DNA of 64,000 nucleotides, taken from Chiloscyllium plagiosum (Eukaryota). This document shows positions 1 to 13,464 of the stretch, piece by piece. The stretch lies in NCBI RefSeq assembly GCF_004010195.1, contig NC_057718.1:2552996-2616995 (forward strand). Direction: 5' to 3'. Under the pieces are notes generated by a model. It saw only the letters and a list, made by a program, of their open reading frames with translations, did not search any database and was not told the DNA's origin. Position 1 is the stretch's first letter. Each line of letters opens with the position of its first letter. The translations under genes were made by a program, and so were the position numbers.

Positions 1-1384
1 CCAGGTCCCTGGCACTGTGAGGCAGCAGGGCTAATCGCTGAGTCACCATTCCTGAGAAGGGACAAGACAGCACCTTCCAAATCCACGACCACTTCCATCT
101 AGAAAGAAATACATTGCTGTTCTTTCAGTGTCGCCGGGTTGAAAGCCTTTCTTAAAGACCTTGTGGGTCTACTGACAGCACATGGACTGCAGTGGTTCAA
201 GCGGGCAGTTTCTTCTCAAGAGCAAATAGGGATGGGCAATAAATGTTGGCCAAGCCAGGAAGTGACACATCACTGAAAAGTAAAAAAAAAGTTTCAGTTA
301 CACAAGGTATAGCTGATCGTCTTGAATACTGCGTGCAGTTTTGGTCCTTTTCAAGGAAGGGTGTTAGAGGTGGTTCAGACAAGGTTTGCTGGATTGACAT
401 CTAGACTGAGTGGGTTTGAGGAAAGGCTGGACTGACTGGGCTTGTTTCCATTGGAGTTGAAAAGAGTGAGGGTTGACTTGATTGAAGTGCATCAGATCCT
501 GAATGGGCTTGACAAGATGGCTGTGGAAAGGGTGTTTCCCCTTGTGGGTCAGTCCAGAACCAGAGAGCTCTGATGTACAATTCTGATCACTCTTTCAGAA
601 CAGAGGGGAGGAGAATGTTTTTCTCTCTGGGGTTGTGTAACTTTGGGACTCTTTGCCTCAGAACACCATGAAGGAGGAAGAGGAGGAGGGGATATTGAAT
701 ATTTTTATGGTGGAGGGGGTAGATTATTGTTGGGCAGGGAATCATGGGTCATCGGGGGAGATAGGAATGTGAAATTCCAGACACAAGCAGATCAGCCATG
801 ATCTTATAGAATGGTGAAGGAGGGGCTGAATGGCTTACTTCTGTCTTATTTCATCTGCTTGTATAACCATCTGATCCTTGCTCCATTTCTGAGTTGCACA
901 CAATCAGGGTCAGGCAACATGAATTTGCAATGATTACTCAGCATTTCTTCCTCTTTCAAACAATGTCTGGAGTTTGACTTTTTTTCTGTACTGTCAGCAG
1001 AATGAATGGTTTGTCACGGCAGGTCCCCTCCCTTCTCAATGTGTTATGACATAACCATTGCTGTGTCAACTGCTCCATTGAGAGGTGTCAATTGGATAGT
1101 TAACCTGTTCCTGATACAATCTCACACTGTTGTTCCAGGGGATTTGACAAGTTTTCTCCTGAAACACCTTTTTTCAGACATGAAATATATTGCACTGATT
1201 CACCCTCAGCTCCTGGCATCCAACCTCCTTTGCAAATCGTCCACATTTAATCCACCTGATTGACGGTAAGGTGTTGATCATTTATGGCCAATCACACAAT
1301 ACCTTCTGAGGAATTTTTAAACATTCTTTCACAGGATGTGGGCATCTCCAGCCTGTCCCTAGTTGCCCCTTGAGAAGAATGTTT

Positions 1385-2760
1385 GGTAAGGACAAGCCAG
1401 GAAACTATAGACCAGTGAGCCTGATATCGGTGGTGGGCAAGTTGTTGGAGGAATCCTGAGGGACAGGATGTACATGTATTTGGAAAGGCAAGGACTGATT
1501 AGGGATAGTCAACATGGCTTTGTGCGTGGGAAATCATGTCTCACAAAGTTGATTGAATTTTTTGAAGAAGTAACAAAGAGGATTGATGAGGGCAGAGCGG
1601 TAGATATGATCTGTATGGACTTCAGTAAGGCGTTCAACAAGGTTCCCTATAGGAGACTGGTTAGCAAGGTTAGATCTCATGGAATACAGGGAGAACAAGC
1701 CATTTGGATACAGAACTGGCTCAAAGGTAGAAGACAGAGGATGGTGGTGGAGGGTTGTTTTTCAGACTGGAGGCCTGTGACCAGTGGAGTGCCACAAGGA
1801 TCAATCTGGGTCCACTACTTTTCATCATTTATATAAGTGATTTGAATGTGAGCATAAGTGGTATAGTTAGTAAGTTTGCAGATGATACCAAAATTGGAGG
1901 TGTAGTGGACAGTGAAGAAAGTTATCTCAGAATACAACAGGATTATGATCAGATGGGCTAATGGGCTGAGAAGTGGCAGATGGAGTTTACTTCAGATAAA
2001 TGCGAGGTGATGCATTTTTGGGAAAGCAAATCTTAGCAGGTCTTATACACTTAATAGTCCTAAGGAGTGTTGCTGAACAAAGAGACCTTGGAGTGCAGGT
2101 TCATGGTTTCTTAAAAGTAGAGTTGCAGGTCGATAGGATAGTGAAGAAGGCATTTTATATGCTTTCCTTTATCAGTCAGAATATTGAGTACAGGAATTGG
2201 GAGGTCATATTGCGGCTGTACAGGACATTGGCTCGGCCACTTTTGGAATAATGCATGCAATTCTGGTCTCCTTCCTATTGGAAAGATATTGTGAAACTTG
2301 AAATTGTTCAGAAAAGATTTACAAGAATCTTGCCAGGGTTTGAGGACTTGAGCTATAGGGAGAGGCTGAACAAGCTGGGGCTGTTTTCCCTGGAGCAACA
2401 GAGGCTGATGGGTGACCTTATGGAGGTTTAGAAAATTATGAGGGGCATGGTTGGATAAATAGACAAAGTCTTGTTCCTGGGGTGGGGGAGTCCAGAACAA
2501 AGATATAAAAGAGACCTAAGGGGCAACTTTTTCACGCAGAGGGTGGTACGTGTATGGAATGAATCGTCAGAGGAAGTGGTGGAGGCTGGTACAATTGCAA
2601 CATTTTAAAAGGCATTTGGATGGGGATATGAATAGGAAGGGTTTAGAAGGATATGGGCCAAGTGCTGGCAGGTGGGACGAGGTTGGGTTGGGATATCTGG
2701 TCCGCATGGATGGGTTGGACCGATGGGTCTGTTTCTGTGCTGTACATATCCCTGACTCTA
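1385..2760 (+). mobile_element. CR1-clade (HER1-like) LINE, 5'-truncated, frameshifted RT
   Basis: SQHGFVRGKSCLT, DFSKAFNKV, SGVPQGS, KFADDTK; ends in the HER1/HE1-like tail. Confidence 0.9.
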
Positions 2761-2769
2761 AGATGGGGG

Positions 2770-3165
2770 TGAGCTTTCTTGTTGAATTGCTGTAGTTCAT
2801 GTGCTTTAGAAAGACCCACAATGCCCTTGGGGAGGGAATTTCAAGATTTTGACCCAGCAACACTAAAGGAACGGTGATATATTGCCAAGTCATGTTTCCA
2901 TGTATCTGCTTCCCTTGTCATTCTAGATGTAAGTGGTCATGGGTTTGGGGTGCTATCTGAAGATATTTGGTGAATTTCTGTGGTGCATCTTGTAGATAGT
3001 AATTGCTGCTACTAAGCATTGGTGATGGAGGGAGTGGATGTTTGTGAATGTGGTGCCAATCAAGTGGGCTGCTTTATCCTGAATGATGTTAAGCTTTGTT
3101 GGGTGTTGTAGGAATGCATTCATTCAGGCAAGTGCAGAATATTCCATCACACTCCTGACTTCTGG
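2770..3165 (-). mobile_element. CR1/L2-type LINE 3' fragment (second family)
   Basis: Same sequence as copies at about 60-290(+), 21980-22340(-), 41360-42060(-), 46600-46950(+). Confidence 0.65.
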
Positions 3166-3169
3166 GTTA

Positions 3170-4078
3170 TGGAGTCATAGAGTAACACAGCATGGAAACA
3201 GGCCTTTCAGCCCAGACTGGTTCATGCTGACCATGGTGCCCACTCAGCTAGTGCCAAGTGCCCACATTTGGTCTATGTCCCTCTAAACCCTTCACATCCA
3301 TGTACCTATCAAACACTTTTTAAAATGTTGTGACAACTGTACCTGCCCTATTTTCTCTGGCAGCCCTTTACGCACTACTCTCTGCGTGAAACACTTGCCC
3401 CTAAGGTTCTTCCTAAGCCTTTCCCCTCTCCCCTTAAACCTATGCCCTCTAGTTTTCAATCTCCCATCTCTGGGAAAAAGACTATATGCATCCAACCTAT
3501 CTATGCTCCTCGTGATTTTATACACCTCAATAAAGTCACTCCTCATTCTCCTGCGGTCCAGGAAATAAAGTCCTACCCTGGATAACCTCTCCCGAGAACT
3601 CAGGCCTACTAGTCCTGGTAACATCCTCCTAAATCTTTTTTGCACTCTCTCCAGTTTAACGATATCTTTTCCTATAACAGGGTGACCAAATTGTTCACAA
3701 TGCTCTAAATGTAGCCTCACCAACAATTTATACATCTGTAGCACAATGCCTCAACTCCTGTACTCAATACCTTAACCGATGAAGGCCAGCATGCTAAATG
3801 TCTTCTTCACCACCGTCGACTTGTGATGCCACTTTCAACAAACTATGTACTTATACTCCCAGGTCCATTTGTTCCAAAACACTCCTCATGACCTTACCAT
3901 TTACCATATAAGTCCTAACTCTGTTTGACGTCCAAAGTGCAACATTTCATACTTATCTGTATTGAATTGCATTTGCCAATCCTCAGCCCACTAACCCATT
4001 CTGATCAAGATCCCTGTGTAAGTTTTGATAACCTTCCTCACTATCAACAATACCTCCTAATTTTGTATCATCCACAAT
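3170..4078 (-). mobile_element. CR1 (HER1-like) LINE 3' fragment
   Basis: LQMYKLLVRLHLEHC…LERVQKRFRRMLPGL…TRGHRFK. Confidence 0.85.
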
Positions 4079-4254
4079 GAGTGTCAAGCATAAAGTCAAG
4101 GAGGTGGGAGTGACCCTAAATGCAACAATTAATGGTCTATATCGAGCCCATAGACTGGGAATTCACTCTGTATGTGCACATCAGAGAATTCTGCACATCC
4201 TGCCTTGATTTTATGCATGTTAGGTCGCACTTTCTATTTATGTGTTTAGGTTTC

Positions 4255-4650
4255 TTTGGGTTGGTGATGTCATTTCTGATTCTTATTCTCATGTGTTTGT
4301 TGATAGAGTTCTGGTTGGAATGCCATGCTTCTAGGAATTCTCGTGGATGTCTCTGTTTGGCTTGTCTTAGGGTGGATATGTTGTCCCAGTCAAAGTGAGG
4401 TCCTTCCTCGTCTCTATGAAAGGATACTTGTGATAGTGGGTCATGTCTTTTAACATTCTAACTGGAACTCTATCAACAAACACATCGATTTGAATCCCAT
4501 CTACGAGCCTCTGAGAAAAAGAATGGGAAATGACATCACCAACTCAAAGAAACCGAAATAGAAAGTGGGACATAACTCCAGCGCTACAGCAGGGACTCAC
4601 TGATGAGGTTGCCTAGTATGGTGACAAAACATCTGAAAACAAACCTTCCA
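4255..4650. mobile_element. Inverted pair of Penelope fragments
   Basis: Minus strand encodes HFDWDN…QAKQRHPREFLEAWHSNQNSINKH; the same segment recurs on + from about 4452 and ends in CTGATGAggttgcctagtatggtgacAAAAcatc. Confidence 0.7.
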
Positions 4651-7190
4651 GCTGAGGGAGTGCCACACTGTTGGCTAATCAGTGCTGAGGGAGTGCCGCA
4701 CTGTCAGAGGGTCAGTGCTGAGGGAGTGCCACACTGTCGGAGGGTCAGGGCTGAGGGAGTGCTGCACTGTCGGAGGGTCAGTACTGAGGAAATGCTGCAC
4801 TGTCGGAGGGTCAGTACTGACGGAGTGCTGCACTGTCGGAGGATCAGTGCTGAGGGAGCGCCGCACTGTCGGAGGGTCAGTACTGATGGAGCACCGCATT
4901 GTCTGAAGGTCAGTGCTGAGGGAGTACCTCACTGTCAGAGGGTCAGTGCTGAGGGAGTGCCACACGGTCGAAGGGTCAGTGCTGAGGGAGTGCCACAAGG
5001 CCGGACGGTCAGTAGTGTGGAAGCACTGCACTGTCAGAATGTCAGTGCTGAGGGAGTGCTGCACTGTCGGACGGTCAGTACTGAGGGAGTGCCGCACTAT
5101 CAGAGGGTCAGTGCTGAGGGAGCACATCACTGTCAGAGGATCAGTGCTGAGGGAGCGCCACACTGTAGGAGGGTCAGTGCTGAGGGAGCACCACACTGTC
5201 GGAGAGTCAGTACTGAGGGAGCGCTGCATTGTCTGAAGGTCAGTGCTGAGGGAGCACCTCACAGTCAGAGGGTCAGTGTTGAGGGAGTGCCACACTGTCA
5301 GAGGGTCAGTACTGAGGGAGCGCTGTACTGCTGGAGGGTCAGTGCTTGGACAGCGCCGCACTGTCGGAGGGTCAGTGCTGAGGGAGTGCCACACTGTCGG
5401 AGGGTCAGTGCTGAGGGAGTGCTGCACTGTCGGAGGGTCAGTACTGAGGGAATGCTGCACTGTTGGAGGCTCAGTGCTGAGGGAGTGCCGCACTGTTGGA
5501 GGGTCAGTACTGAGAGAGTGCCGCACTGTCGGAGGGTCAGTACTGAGAGAGTGCCGCACTGTCGGAGGGTCAGTGCTGAGGGAGTGGGCACTGTCGGAGG
5601 GTCAAAGGTGAGGGAGTGCTGCACTGTCGAAGGGTCAGTGCTGAGGGAGTACAGCACTGTCGGAGGGTCAGTGCTGAGGGAGTGCTGCACTGTCGGCGGG
5701 TCAGTGCTGAGGGAGTGCAGCACTGTCGGCGGGTCAGTGCTGAGGGAGTGCTGCACTGTCGGAGGGTCAATGCTGAGGGAGTGCTGCACTGTCGGAGGGT
5801 CAGTGCTGAGGGAGTGGGCACTGTCGGAGGGTCAGAGGTGTGGGAGTGCCGCACTGTTGGAGTGTCAGTGCTGAGGGAGTGGGCACTGTCGGAGGGTCAA
5901 TGCTGAGGGAGTGCCGCACTGTTGGAGGGTCAGTGCTGAAGGAGTCGGCACTGTCAGAGGGTCAGTGCTGAGGGAGTACAGCACTGTCGGAGGGTCAGTG
6001 CTGAGGGAGTGCTGCACTGTCGGCGGGTCAGTGCTGAGGGAGTGCTGCACTGTCGGAGGGTCAATGCTGAGGGAGTGCTGCACTGTCGGAGGGTCAGTGC
6101 TGAGGGAGTGGGCACTGTCGGAGGGTCAATGCTGAGGGAGTGCCGCACTATTGGAGAGTCAGTGCTGAAGGAGTGGGCACTGTCGGAGTGTCAGAGGTGA
6201 GGGAGTGGTGCACTGTTGGAGTGTCAGTGCTGAGGGAGTGGGCACTGTCGGAGGGTCAATGCTGAGGGAGTGCCGCACTGTTGGAGGGTCAGTGCTGAAG
6301 GAGTNNNNNNNNNNNNNNNNNNNNNNNNNNNNNNNNNNNNNNNNNNNNNNNNNNNNNNNNNNNNNNNNNNNNNNNNNNNNNNNNNNNNNNNNNNNNNNNN
6401 NNNNNNNNNNNNNNNNNNNNNNNNNNNNNNNNNNNNNNNNNNNNNNNNNNNNNNNNNNNNNNNNNNNNNNNNNNNNNNNNNNNNNNNNNNNNNNNNNNNN
6501 NNNNNNNNNNNNNNNNNNNNNNNNNNNNNNNNNNNNNNNNNNNNNNNNNNNNNNNNNNNNNNNNNNNNNNNNNNNNNNNNNNNNNNNNNNNNNNNNNNNN
6601 NNNNNNNNNNNNNNNNNNNNNNNNNNNNNNNNNNNNNNNNNNNNNNNNNNNNNNNNNNNNNNNNNNNNNNNNNNNNNNNNNNNNNNNNNNNNNNNNNNNN
6701 NNNNNNNNNNNNNNNNNNNNNNNNNNNNNNNNNNNNNNNNNNNNNNNNNNNNNNNNNNNNNNNNNNNNNNNNNNNNNNNNNNNNNNNNNNNNNNNNNNNN
6801 NNNNNNNNNNNNNNNNNNNNNNNNNNNNNNNNNNNNNNNNNNNNNNNNNNNNNNNNNNNNNNNNNNNNNNNNNNNNNNNNNNNNNNNNNNNNNNNNNNNN
6901 NNNNNNNNNNNNNNNNNNNNNNNNNNNNNNNNNNNNNNNNNNNNNNNNNNNNNNNNNNNNNNNNNNNNNNNNNNNNNNNNNNNNNNNNNNNNNNNNNNNN
7001 NNNNNNNNNNNNNNNNNNNNNNNNNNNNNNNNNNNNNNNNNNNNNNNNGTGCTGAGGGAGTGGGCACTGTCGGAGGGTCAGTGCTGAGGGAGTGGTGCAC
7101 TGTCGGAGGGTCAGTGCTGAAGGAGTGGGCACTGTCGGAGGGTCAATGCTGAGGGAGCTGCACTGTCAGAGTGTCAGAGGTGAGGGAGTG
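4650..7190. repeat. 32/33-bp minisatellite (gtcagtgctgagggagtgccgcactgtcggagg)n spanning an N gap
   Basis: About 50 visible tandem units; explains the many overlapping ORFs. Confidence 0.95.
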
Positions 7191-7313
7191 GGCCCTGGGT
7201 GGTGTACTCTGACCTGGAATCACCTCCCTCTCCTGTTATCTCTCTGCAGACTCCCTGTAATCGCTGCTCATTCCTGACCGGCCCACTGTGAGCCAGGCTC
7301 TCCTTACCTTAGC

Positions 7314-7517
7314 TGAAAATGTGTTGCTGGAAAAGCGCAGCAGGTCAGACAGCATCCAAGGAACAGGAGAATCGACGTTTTGGGCATCAGGATTCCTGAA
7401 GAAGGGCTTATGCCCGAAACGTCGATTCTCCTGTTCCCTGGATGCTGCCTGACCTGCTGCGCTTTTCCAGCAACACATTTTCAGCTCTGATCTCCAGCAT
7501 CTGCAGACCTCACTTTT
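7314..7517. mobile_element. Short Penelope-terminus insert, inverted dimer, with hammerhead core at 7396-7423
   Basis: 13-bp TSD tccttaccttagc (7301-7313 / 7518-7530); arms are reverse complements; same sequence as the 3' end of the 36-kb Penelope. Confidence 0.85.
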
Positions 7518-8804
7518 TCCTTACCTTAGCCTGTCCTGAGCTGGATTCTGTGCAGCGCTGCAGGCTGCTGGAGAAATGCGGTGCAACTAACTGTCCAAAA
7601 GGAGCAGGGGTGGGGGCTTCGCGATTGTAAACTGTGTGTGCGAGTGAGTTAGCCAGGGGGCTAGAGGCGGGATCCCGCTGTGTGCTGTACGCCGTGTCCC
7701 TGGGAGGGGTATGCGATGTGAGAGTTGGCACGTACACGGGAGCAGGGCGGGAGCAGGGAATGAGGGAGGAGCCGGCCGGAGGTACACGGAAACACTGAAC
7801 ACTCACGATCTGCACGGAACTGCTGTTTCTGCTGGGGACAGGGGCAACACACCACCCCAAGTACAGGGAACACACCCTCAACCCCCGGGATTATCCTCGC
7901 CCACCCTCACTGAGGACCATGGGGGAGGGGTATGATGTGTGTGTGTTTGTGTCTTGTGGGGGGGGGGGGGGTAGGAGGAACACTTGCAAAGGTGAATTAT
8001 CAGCAGCTGGAATCACAGGCACACATATATCCCCCAGGACGTTCCTGCGCCAGCCCCTGGGGGTGGTGGTGTGTGGGGGGTACTGATTAAGTGTCAGATT
8101 GTGTCTTTGGGTCAATCCGGGATTCAGTCCAGACTCAGGTGCTACCCTGATCTTCCCTCCCAGGGAATCCCCTCCGGCTCCCACTCCAGGACTCACGGGG
8201 TGGGGGGCGGTAATGGATTCAGAATCCTGCCCCATTTCCCATTCCTCATTTAAACTCATCCCCACCCCCTCGCATCCCAAATCCCTCTTCCACTTTCTCT
8301 TATTGTACATCATCCTCTGTTTCCTATCCCTCTCCCTATCCCCCTCCCTCTTCCCCATCCCCCTCCCCATTCCCATTCCCCTCCATCCCTATCCCTCTCC
8401 CTATTCGCAGTCCCTGCCCCTATTCCCAATTCCTGTCTTTATCCTCTCCCTGTTCCTCATCCCTCTCTGTATGCCCTATCCCTCTCCCAGACCCTCTCCC
8501 TAGTCCCTGTCCCTCTCTCTATATCTCTCTGTATTCTCTATCCCTATATCTCTCTGTATTCCCTATCCCTCTTCCTATTCCCAATCCCAGTTCATTCACA
8601 GCTCGAGCCGCGTGTTATGTGCTGTTTACAACCAGGAGAACAAACTACTCACAAAAGCCGGCCCGGAGTATCCATACAGTTCGGAACCGCATCCAAACTC
8701 CCACTGTCATTGCTACAGCCCCTGGTTTAAAATTACAATTTAAATAAGGGCCGACTAGCCTCACGCATTGTTGGAAAATGTAGAAATCAATTATTAAGAA
8801 TGTC

Positions 8805-9975
8805 ACAGAGTCATAGAATCATAGAGCTGTACAGCATGGAAACTAGACCCTTCGGTCCAACCCGTCCATGTCGACAGATATCCCAACCCAATCTAGTCCC
8901 ACCTGCCAGCACTCGGCCCATATTCTTTCAAACCCTTCCTATTTATATACTCATCCAGATGCATTTTAAATATTGCAATTGTACCAGTCTCCACCACTTC
9001 CTCTGGCAGTTCATTCCACACACGTACCACCCTCTGTGTGAAAAGGTTGATCCTTAGGTCTCTTTTAGATCTTTCTCCTCTCACCCTAAACTTCTGCCCT
9101 CTAGTTCTGGACTCCCCAACCCCAGCGAAAATACTTTGCCTATTTACCCTATCCTTGCCCCTCATGAGTACATTTGGAAAATCATAATCTAATCAAGCAG
9201 AGTCCGTGTGGCTTCATGAATAGTTACTGACTAATTTATTAGAGATTTTTGAGGAAGATTCAACCAGAGTGAATCAAGGGTAACCAGTAAATGCGTTGTG
9301 TTTGGACTTCCAGGAGGCATGTGACAAGGGATCTAACAAGAGGTTGTCATTTGATGATGTTGGAAGGAATATATTCATTACTTTGGAATAGTATAGAGAA
9401 TAGGTTCATGGGCAGGAAACAGCAAGACAGGGTAAAAGGGTTCTTTTTCAGGTTGGTGACCTGCGACCAGTGGGGTTTCACAGGGACCAGTGCTGGGACC
9501 ACAACTGTTCACAATTTATATTAATGACTGGGAGAAAGGATGCTGCCTGGACTGGAGGGCTTATTTTATGAGGAGAGGTTGACTGAGCTCCGACTTTTTT
9601 CATTGGAGAAAAGAAGGTGGAGAGGGGACCTAATTGAGGTATACAAGATAATGAGAGGCATAGATAGAGTCGATAGCCAGAGACTATTTCCCAGGGCAGA
9701 AATGATTAACACGAGGGGTCATAGTTTTAAGCTGGTTGGAGGAAAGTGTAGAGGGGATGTCAGAGGCGGGTTCTTTACACAGAGAGTTGTGAGAGCATGG
9801 AATGCTTTGCCTGCAGCAGTTGTGGAGGCAGGGTCATTAGGGACATTTAAGAGACTCCTGGATATGCATATGGTCACTGAAATTTGAGGGTGCATACATG
9901 AGGATCAGTGGTCGGCACAACATCATGGGCTGAAGGGCCTGTTCTGTGTTGTACTGTTCTATGTTCTATGTTCTA
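8805..9975. mobile_element. Adjacent CR1 fragments (minus about 8805-9167; plus about 9168-9975)
   Basis: RGDLIEVYKIMRGIDRVD…TRGHSFK…FFTQRVVRAWNALP; (TTCTATG)n tail. Confidence 0.8.
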
Positions 9976-10064
9976 AAGGAACCCAATGAATTGTAGAAAT
10001 ATTTCCAGATGTCACAATAAAATAGATGGAAAGGCGGTTTGTAAGAGGGATATGACCAATTTAT

Positions 10065-10410
10065 AGAGACTTGGAGATGCCGTTTTTGGACTGAGGTGGA
10101 CAAAGTTAAAAATCACACAACACCAGATTACAGTCCAACTGATTTATTTGGAGGCACTAGCTTCCAGAGCACTGCTTCTTCATCTGGTAGTTGTAAGACC
10201 ATAAGACACAGAATTTATAGCCACAGTACAGTGTCATGGAGATGTAATGATACGTTAAACAATTTTAGCTTCAGTCTTTCATCTTTTAGAATGGGATGTA
10301 CATCTTATTCGAAAAGATGAAAGACTGAATCTAAAATTCAGCACTTCGAAAGCTAATGGTGCCAAATAAACCTGTTGGACTATAACCTGGTGTTGTGTGA
10401 TTTTTAACTT
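10065..10410. mobile_element. Penelope-terminus inverted dimer, second family
   Basis: aaagttaaaaatcacacaacaccag … ctggtgttgtgtgatttttaacttt inverted ends; cttcGAAAGCTAa. Confidence 0.7.
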
Positions 10411-11144
10411 TATAGAGAGAGAGAGAGTCATTGGTTAAGAGAGCAGGTAAAATGTTGGCAAATGGAGCGTAATGTGGGGTATTGTGAAGTTGTTCATTTT
10501 GAAAGTGAGAACAAAAGAAAAGTATTATTTAAATGCAGAGAAACTGCTAAAGCTGCAACATACAGGGATTTAGAGTCATGGATATGTACAGCACAGAAAC
10601 AGATCCTTCGGTCCAACTCATCCATGCCAACCAGATATCCTAAGTTAATCTAGTCCCATTTGCCAGCACTTGGCCCATATCCCTCTAAACCCTTCCTCCT
10701 CATTTACCCATACAGATGCCTTTTAAATGCTGTAATTGTACCAGCCTCCATCACTTCCTCTGGCAGCTCATTCCATACATGCACCACTCTCCGCGTGAAA
10801 AAGTTGCCTTATCCATGCCCTCATGATTTTATAAACCTCAATAAAGTCACCCCTCAGCCCTTCACTCACAATGTTTTCTAATGGTTTTCATTGCCACATA
10901 GTGACCACTAAGTCTTGATGATAGTCAGTAACAGAGTGAAGGTAGTGATAGTTGATAAAGCATGTTCCTAAATAGATGCAACAATATGCTGCTCCTCATG
11001 ACAGGGAGCAAATGGCCCTACTCCCTGTTAATCTCACTGACTTTAGCCAAGTAAGGAAATCTCAAATTATTTCGACAAAGTCCAAATGTAGACTGTAGAA
11101 TTCAATGCACACTAAAACTGAAAATGGTTAATAATCTTTAAATA

Positions 11145-11545
11145 GTGGGCTTGTATCCATGCACCCACGTACCCATGCATCCATGTACCCTCACACCCAC
11201 TCACCCTCACACCCTCACACAAACACACTCTAGTACCCACGCACCCACACATCCACACCCCCATGCACCCATGCATCCACGCACCCTCACAGCCACACAC
11301 CCTCGCACCCATGCAACCATGCACCTGCACACTCTTGCACCCATGCACCCATGCAACTTTGCACCCTTGCACTCACACACCCTTGCACCATTGCAACCAT
11401 GCACCCTCGCACTCTTGCACCCACACACCCTTGTTCCCATGCACACTCCCACCCATGCACCCTTGCACCCACACACCCTTGCACTCTTGCACCCACACAA
11501 CTTCGCATCCATGCACCCATGCACCCCCGCACCCACGTATCCATG
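11145..11545. repeat. 8-bp-based tandem repeat (gcacccat/gcacccac)n
   Basis: Direct inspection. Confidence 0.9.
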
Positions 11546-11929
11546 ATTTTCTTGCCAATTGTCCTGATGAATGTAAGATGAAAACATGAGCAAAATGTGT
11601 ACCTTCTCAGCACAACTGAAAAGGGACATAGGGTCAATGTTTCAAGTCCAATTTCAATGTCAATTTCCAAATAGTCAGTGTGTTTCTGAACTGAAGGAAT
11701 ATAGAAATGGGATGGGTTTTTAACATCCATCAAAGAGGAGGAAGAACAAAAGGGAACATCTGGTACAGGGGAGAGGGCAGCAGACATGATTGACAAGTTA
11801 AGAATGCAACACAGGGTCATAGAAATCCACAGCTCGGCCCATTGTATCCATGCTGTCAAATCAATCCCCTGATGATTGTAGTCCCACAGGAGGCAAAGGC
11901 AGCGGGGATGATTATTTCTAGTGTAGGTG

Positions 11930-12205
11930 TCATAGAATCCTACTGTGTGGAAGCAGGCCATTCAGTACACTGAATCCACAGTAACCCTCTGAAAAACATC
12001 CCACTTACAACCACAACCACACACTACAACCCTACATTTCCCATGTCTAATCTACTTAACCTGTACAACTTTGGGCTGTAAGAGGAAACCCATGCAGACA
12101 CTGGGAGAATGTGTAAACTCCACACAGACAGTTAACTGAGGGTGGAATTGAACCCAGAAAACAGGCACAGTGAGGCAGCAGTGCTAACCACTGAGCCACC
12201 ACGCT
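11930..12205 (-). mobile_element. HE1-type SINE
   Basis: HE1 consensus head gtggtggctcagtggttagcactgctgcctcac on the minus strand. Confidence 0.78.
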
Positions 12206-12409
12206 GCTGACTGAATACCTTCCAGATAGGTTTGAGGGCAAAGTGAAAAATAACATTCAGCCTGGCTCGCAGCCAAAATAAAATGAAAATATAGACAGAA
12301 TTGGGGTTTAAGTGAGTGCAAGGGAAATCCTGTTGTTTGGGAGGGAAGGAGGGTGAAGTCAGAGGCAGGAAATGGGTTAAACACTGCTGAGGGCTCAGTA
12401 ACCCCCTTG

Positions 12410-12580
12410 AGATGGGTTTGGGGTGGTGATGGGTTTGGGGTGGTGATGGGTTGGGGTGGCGATGGGTTGGGGTGGTGATGGGTTGGGGTGGTGATGGGTT
12501 TGGGGTGGTGATGGGTTGGGGTGGAGTTCGTTGGGGATTAGTTGGGGTTGCGGATGGGGATGGGTTTGGGGATGGGGTGA
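12410..12580. repeat. G-rich tandem repeat (gggttggggtggtgat)n upstream of the CpG island
   Basis: Direct inspection. Confidence 0.85.
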
Positions 12581-12649
12581 ATCCTCGGCTGGGGAAATGG
12601 TGGATTTGGGCGATGATGTGTTTCCGTGCTCTCTGACTCTGTCTATGAT

Positions 12650-13100
12650 AACACCCTGTACTGGATCCAGATCCGGATTACTATGGATATTCCGCTCCGG
12701 GACTTCAGTCGCTCTCGCCACATCTGGGCAGAGTTAAAGGTCCGGGCGAACCGCGGCTTTTCAGATCGAAGCGAAACCGGACCGGGATAGCACCGGGGCA
12801 GAGCGGGATTGGACTGGGACAGAGTTGGATAGCACCGGTTCGCACCGCAATAGGACCGGGACAGTCGGGACAGGACCGGCACAGAGCGGGATTGGATCGG
12901 CAAAGGAAGGGCTACAACCGGGATAGGACCCTGTGGAACGGGATAGAATCTGCACTGAAGCGGGTTTGACCCGGGATTAGACCGGGCCAGGAGCGGGACC
13001 CACGCAGTTCCAGGGCCGATGCTGCAGCGTGGACCCAGGTAATTCAGCCTGAACCCATTCATTCCCCACAGGTCAACAAGCGCCTCTCTGGGAAGGTACA
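12650..13100 (+). promoter_or_regulatory. CpG island; probable promoter and non-coding exon 1 of the ZNF395-like gene
   Basis: Strong local CpG enrichment; donor-like CAG|GTAATT at 13038/13039; the first coding exon has an acceptor only 6 nt upstream of the ATG, so an upstream UTR exon is required. Confidence 0.6.
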
Positions 13101-13464
13101 ACGTCTGTCTGTGCCAGTGTATCTCTCCCTCTCTGTGTCTCTCAAACTTCTGCATTTCACTGTAATCGCTACCACCCAATTATCACTCCCGGTTCCCGCT
13201 CAATGCCCAGCTCCATTGTCAATGAATGCCCCCTTGGGTCAGGGGCTGCAAAGATCACTTGGATACCACCAACCCCCCATACCCTACCCCCTCCCACAGA
13301 CACCGCCCTCAGCACAACCACACACACACACTCTCTCTCTCACACACACACTCTGACATTCTCACGCTCTGACTCCTGCACAGAGTAAACGTGTGGAAAG
13401 GCAAGTTTTTTTTTGCTGAATTCAAATGGAGCGTCCCGCCAGATTACCTGGAGGAGAAAGCTTG

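Noticed and set aside
1468-2251. RT ORFs as active genes
   Set aside because: 5'-truncated, frameshifted CR1 copies.
4603-5874. 423-aa Cys/His-rich repeat ORF (CRRVSAEGVPH)n resembling a metal-binding repeat protein
   Set aside because: Translation of a 33-bp minisatellite; several frames on both strands are open and the frame shifts where 32-bp units appear.
6159-7152. Long ORFs in the track
   Set aside because: They simply run through N gaps (same for 35776-36525).
4650-7190. CRISPR-like regular ~33-bp periodicity
   Set aside because: Head-to-tail units without unique spacers, eukaryotic context, no cas genes.
11112-11961. His/Pro- and Cys/Gly-rich ORFs
   Set aside because: Products of an 8-bp tandem repeat.
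12643-13179. 178-aa minus-strand ORF in the CpG island
   Set aside because: GC-rich, stop-poor sequence with no recognisable motif.
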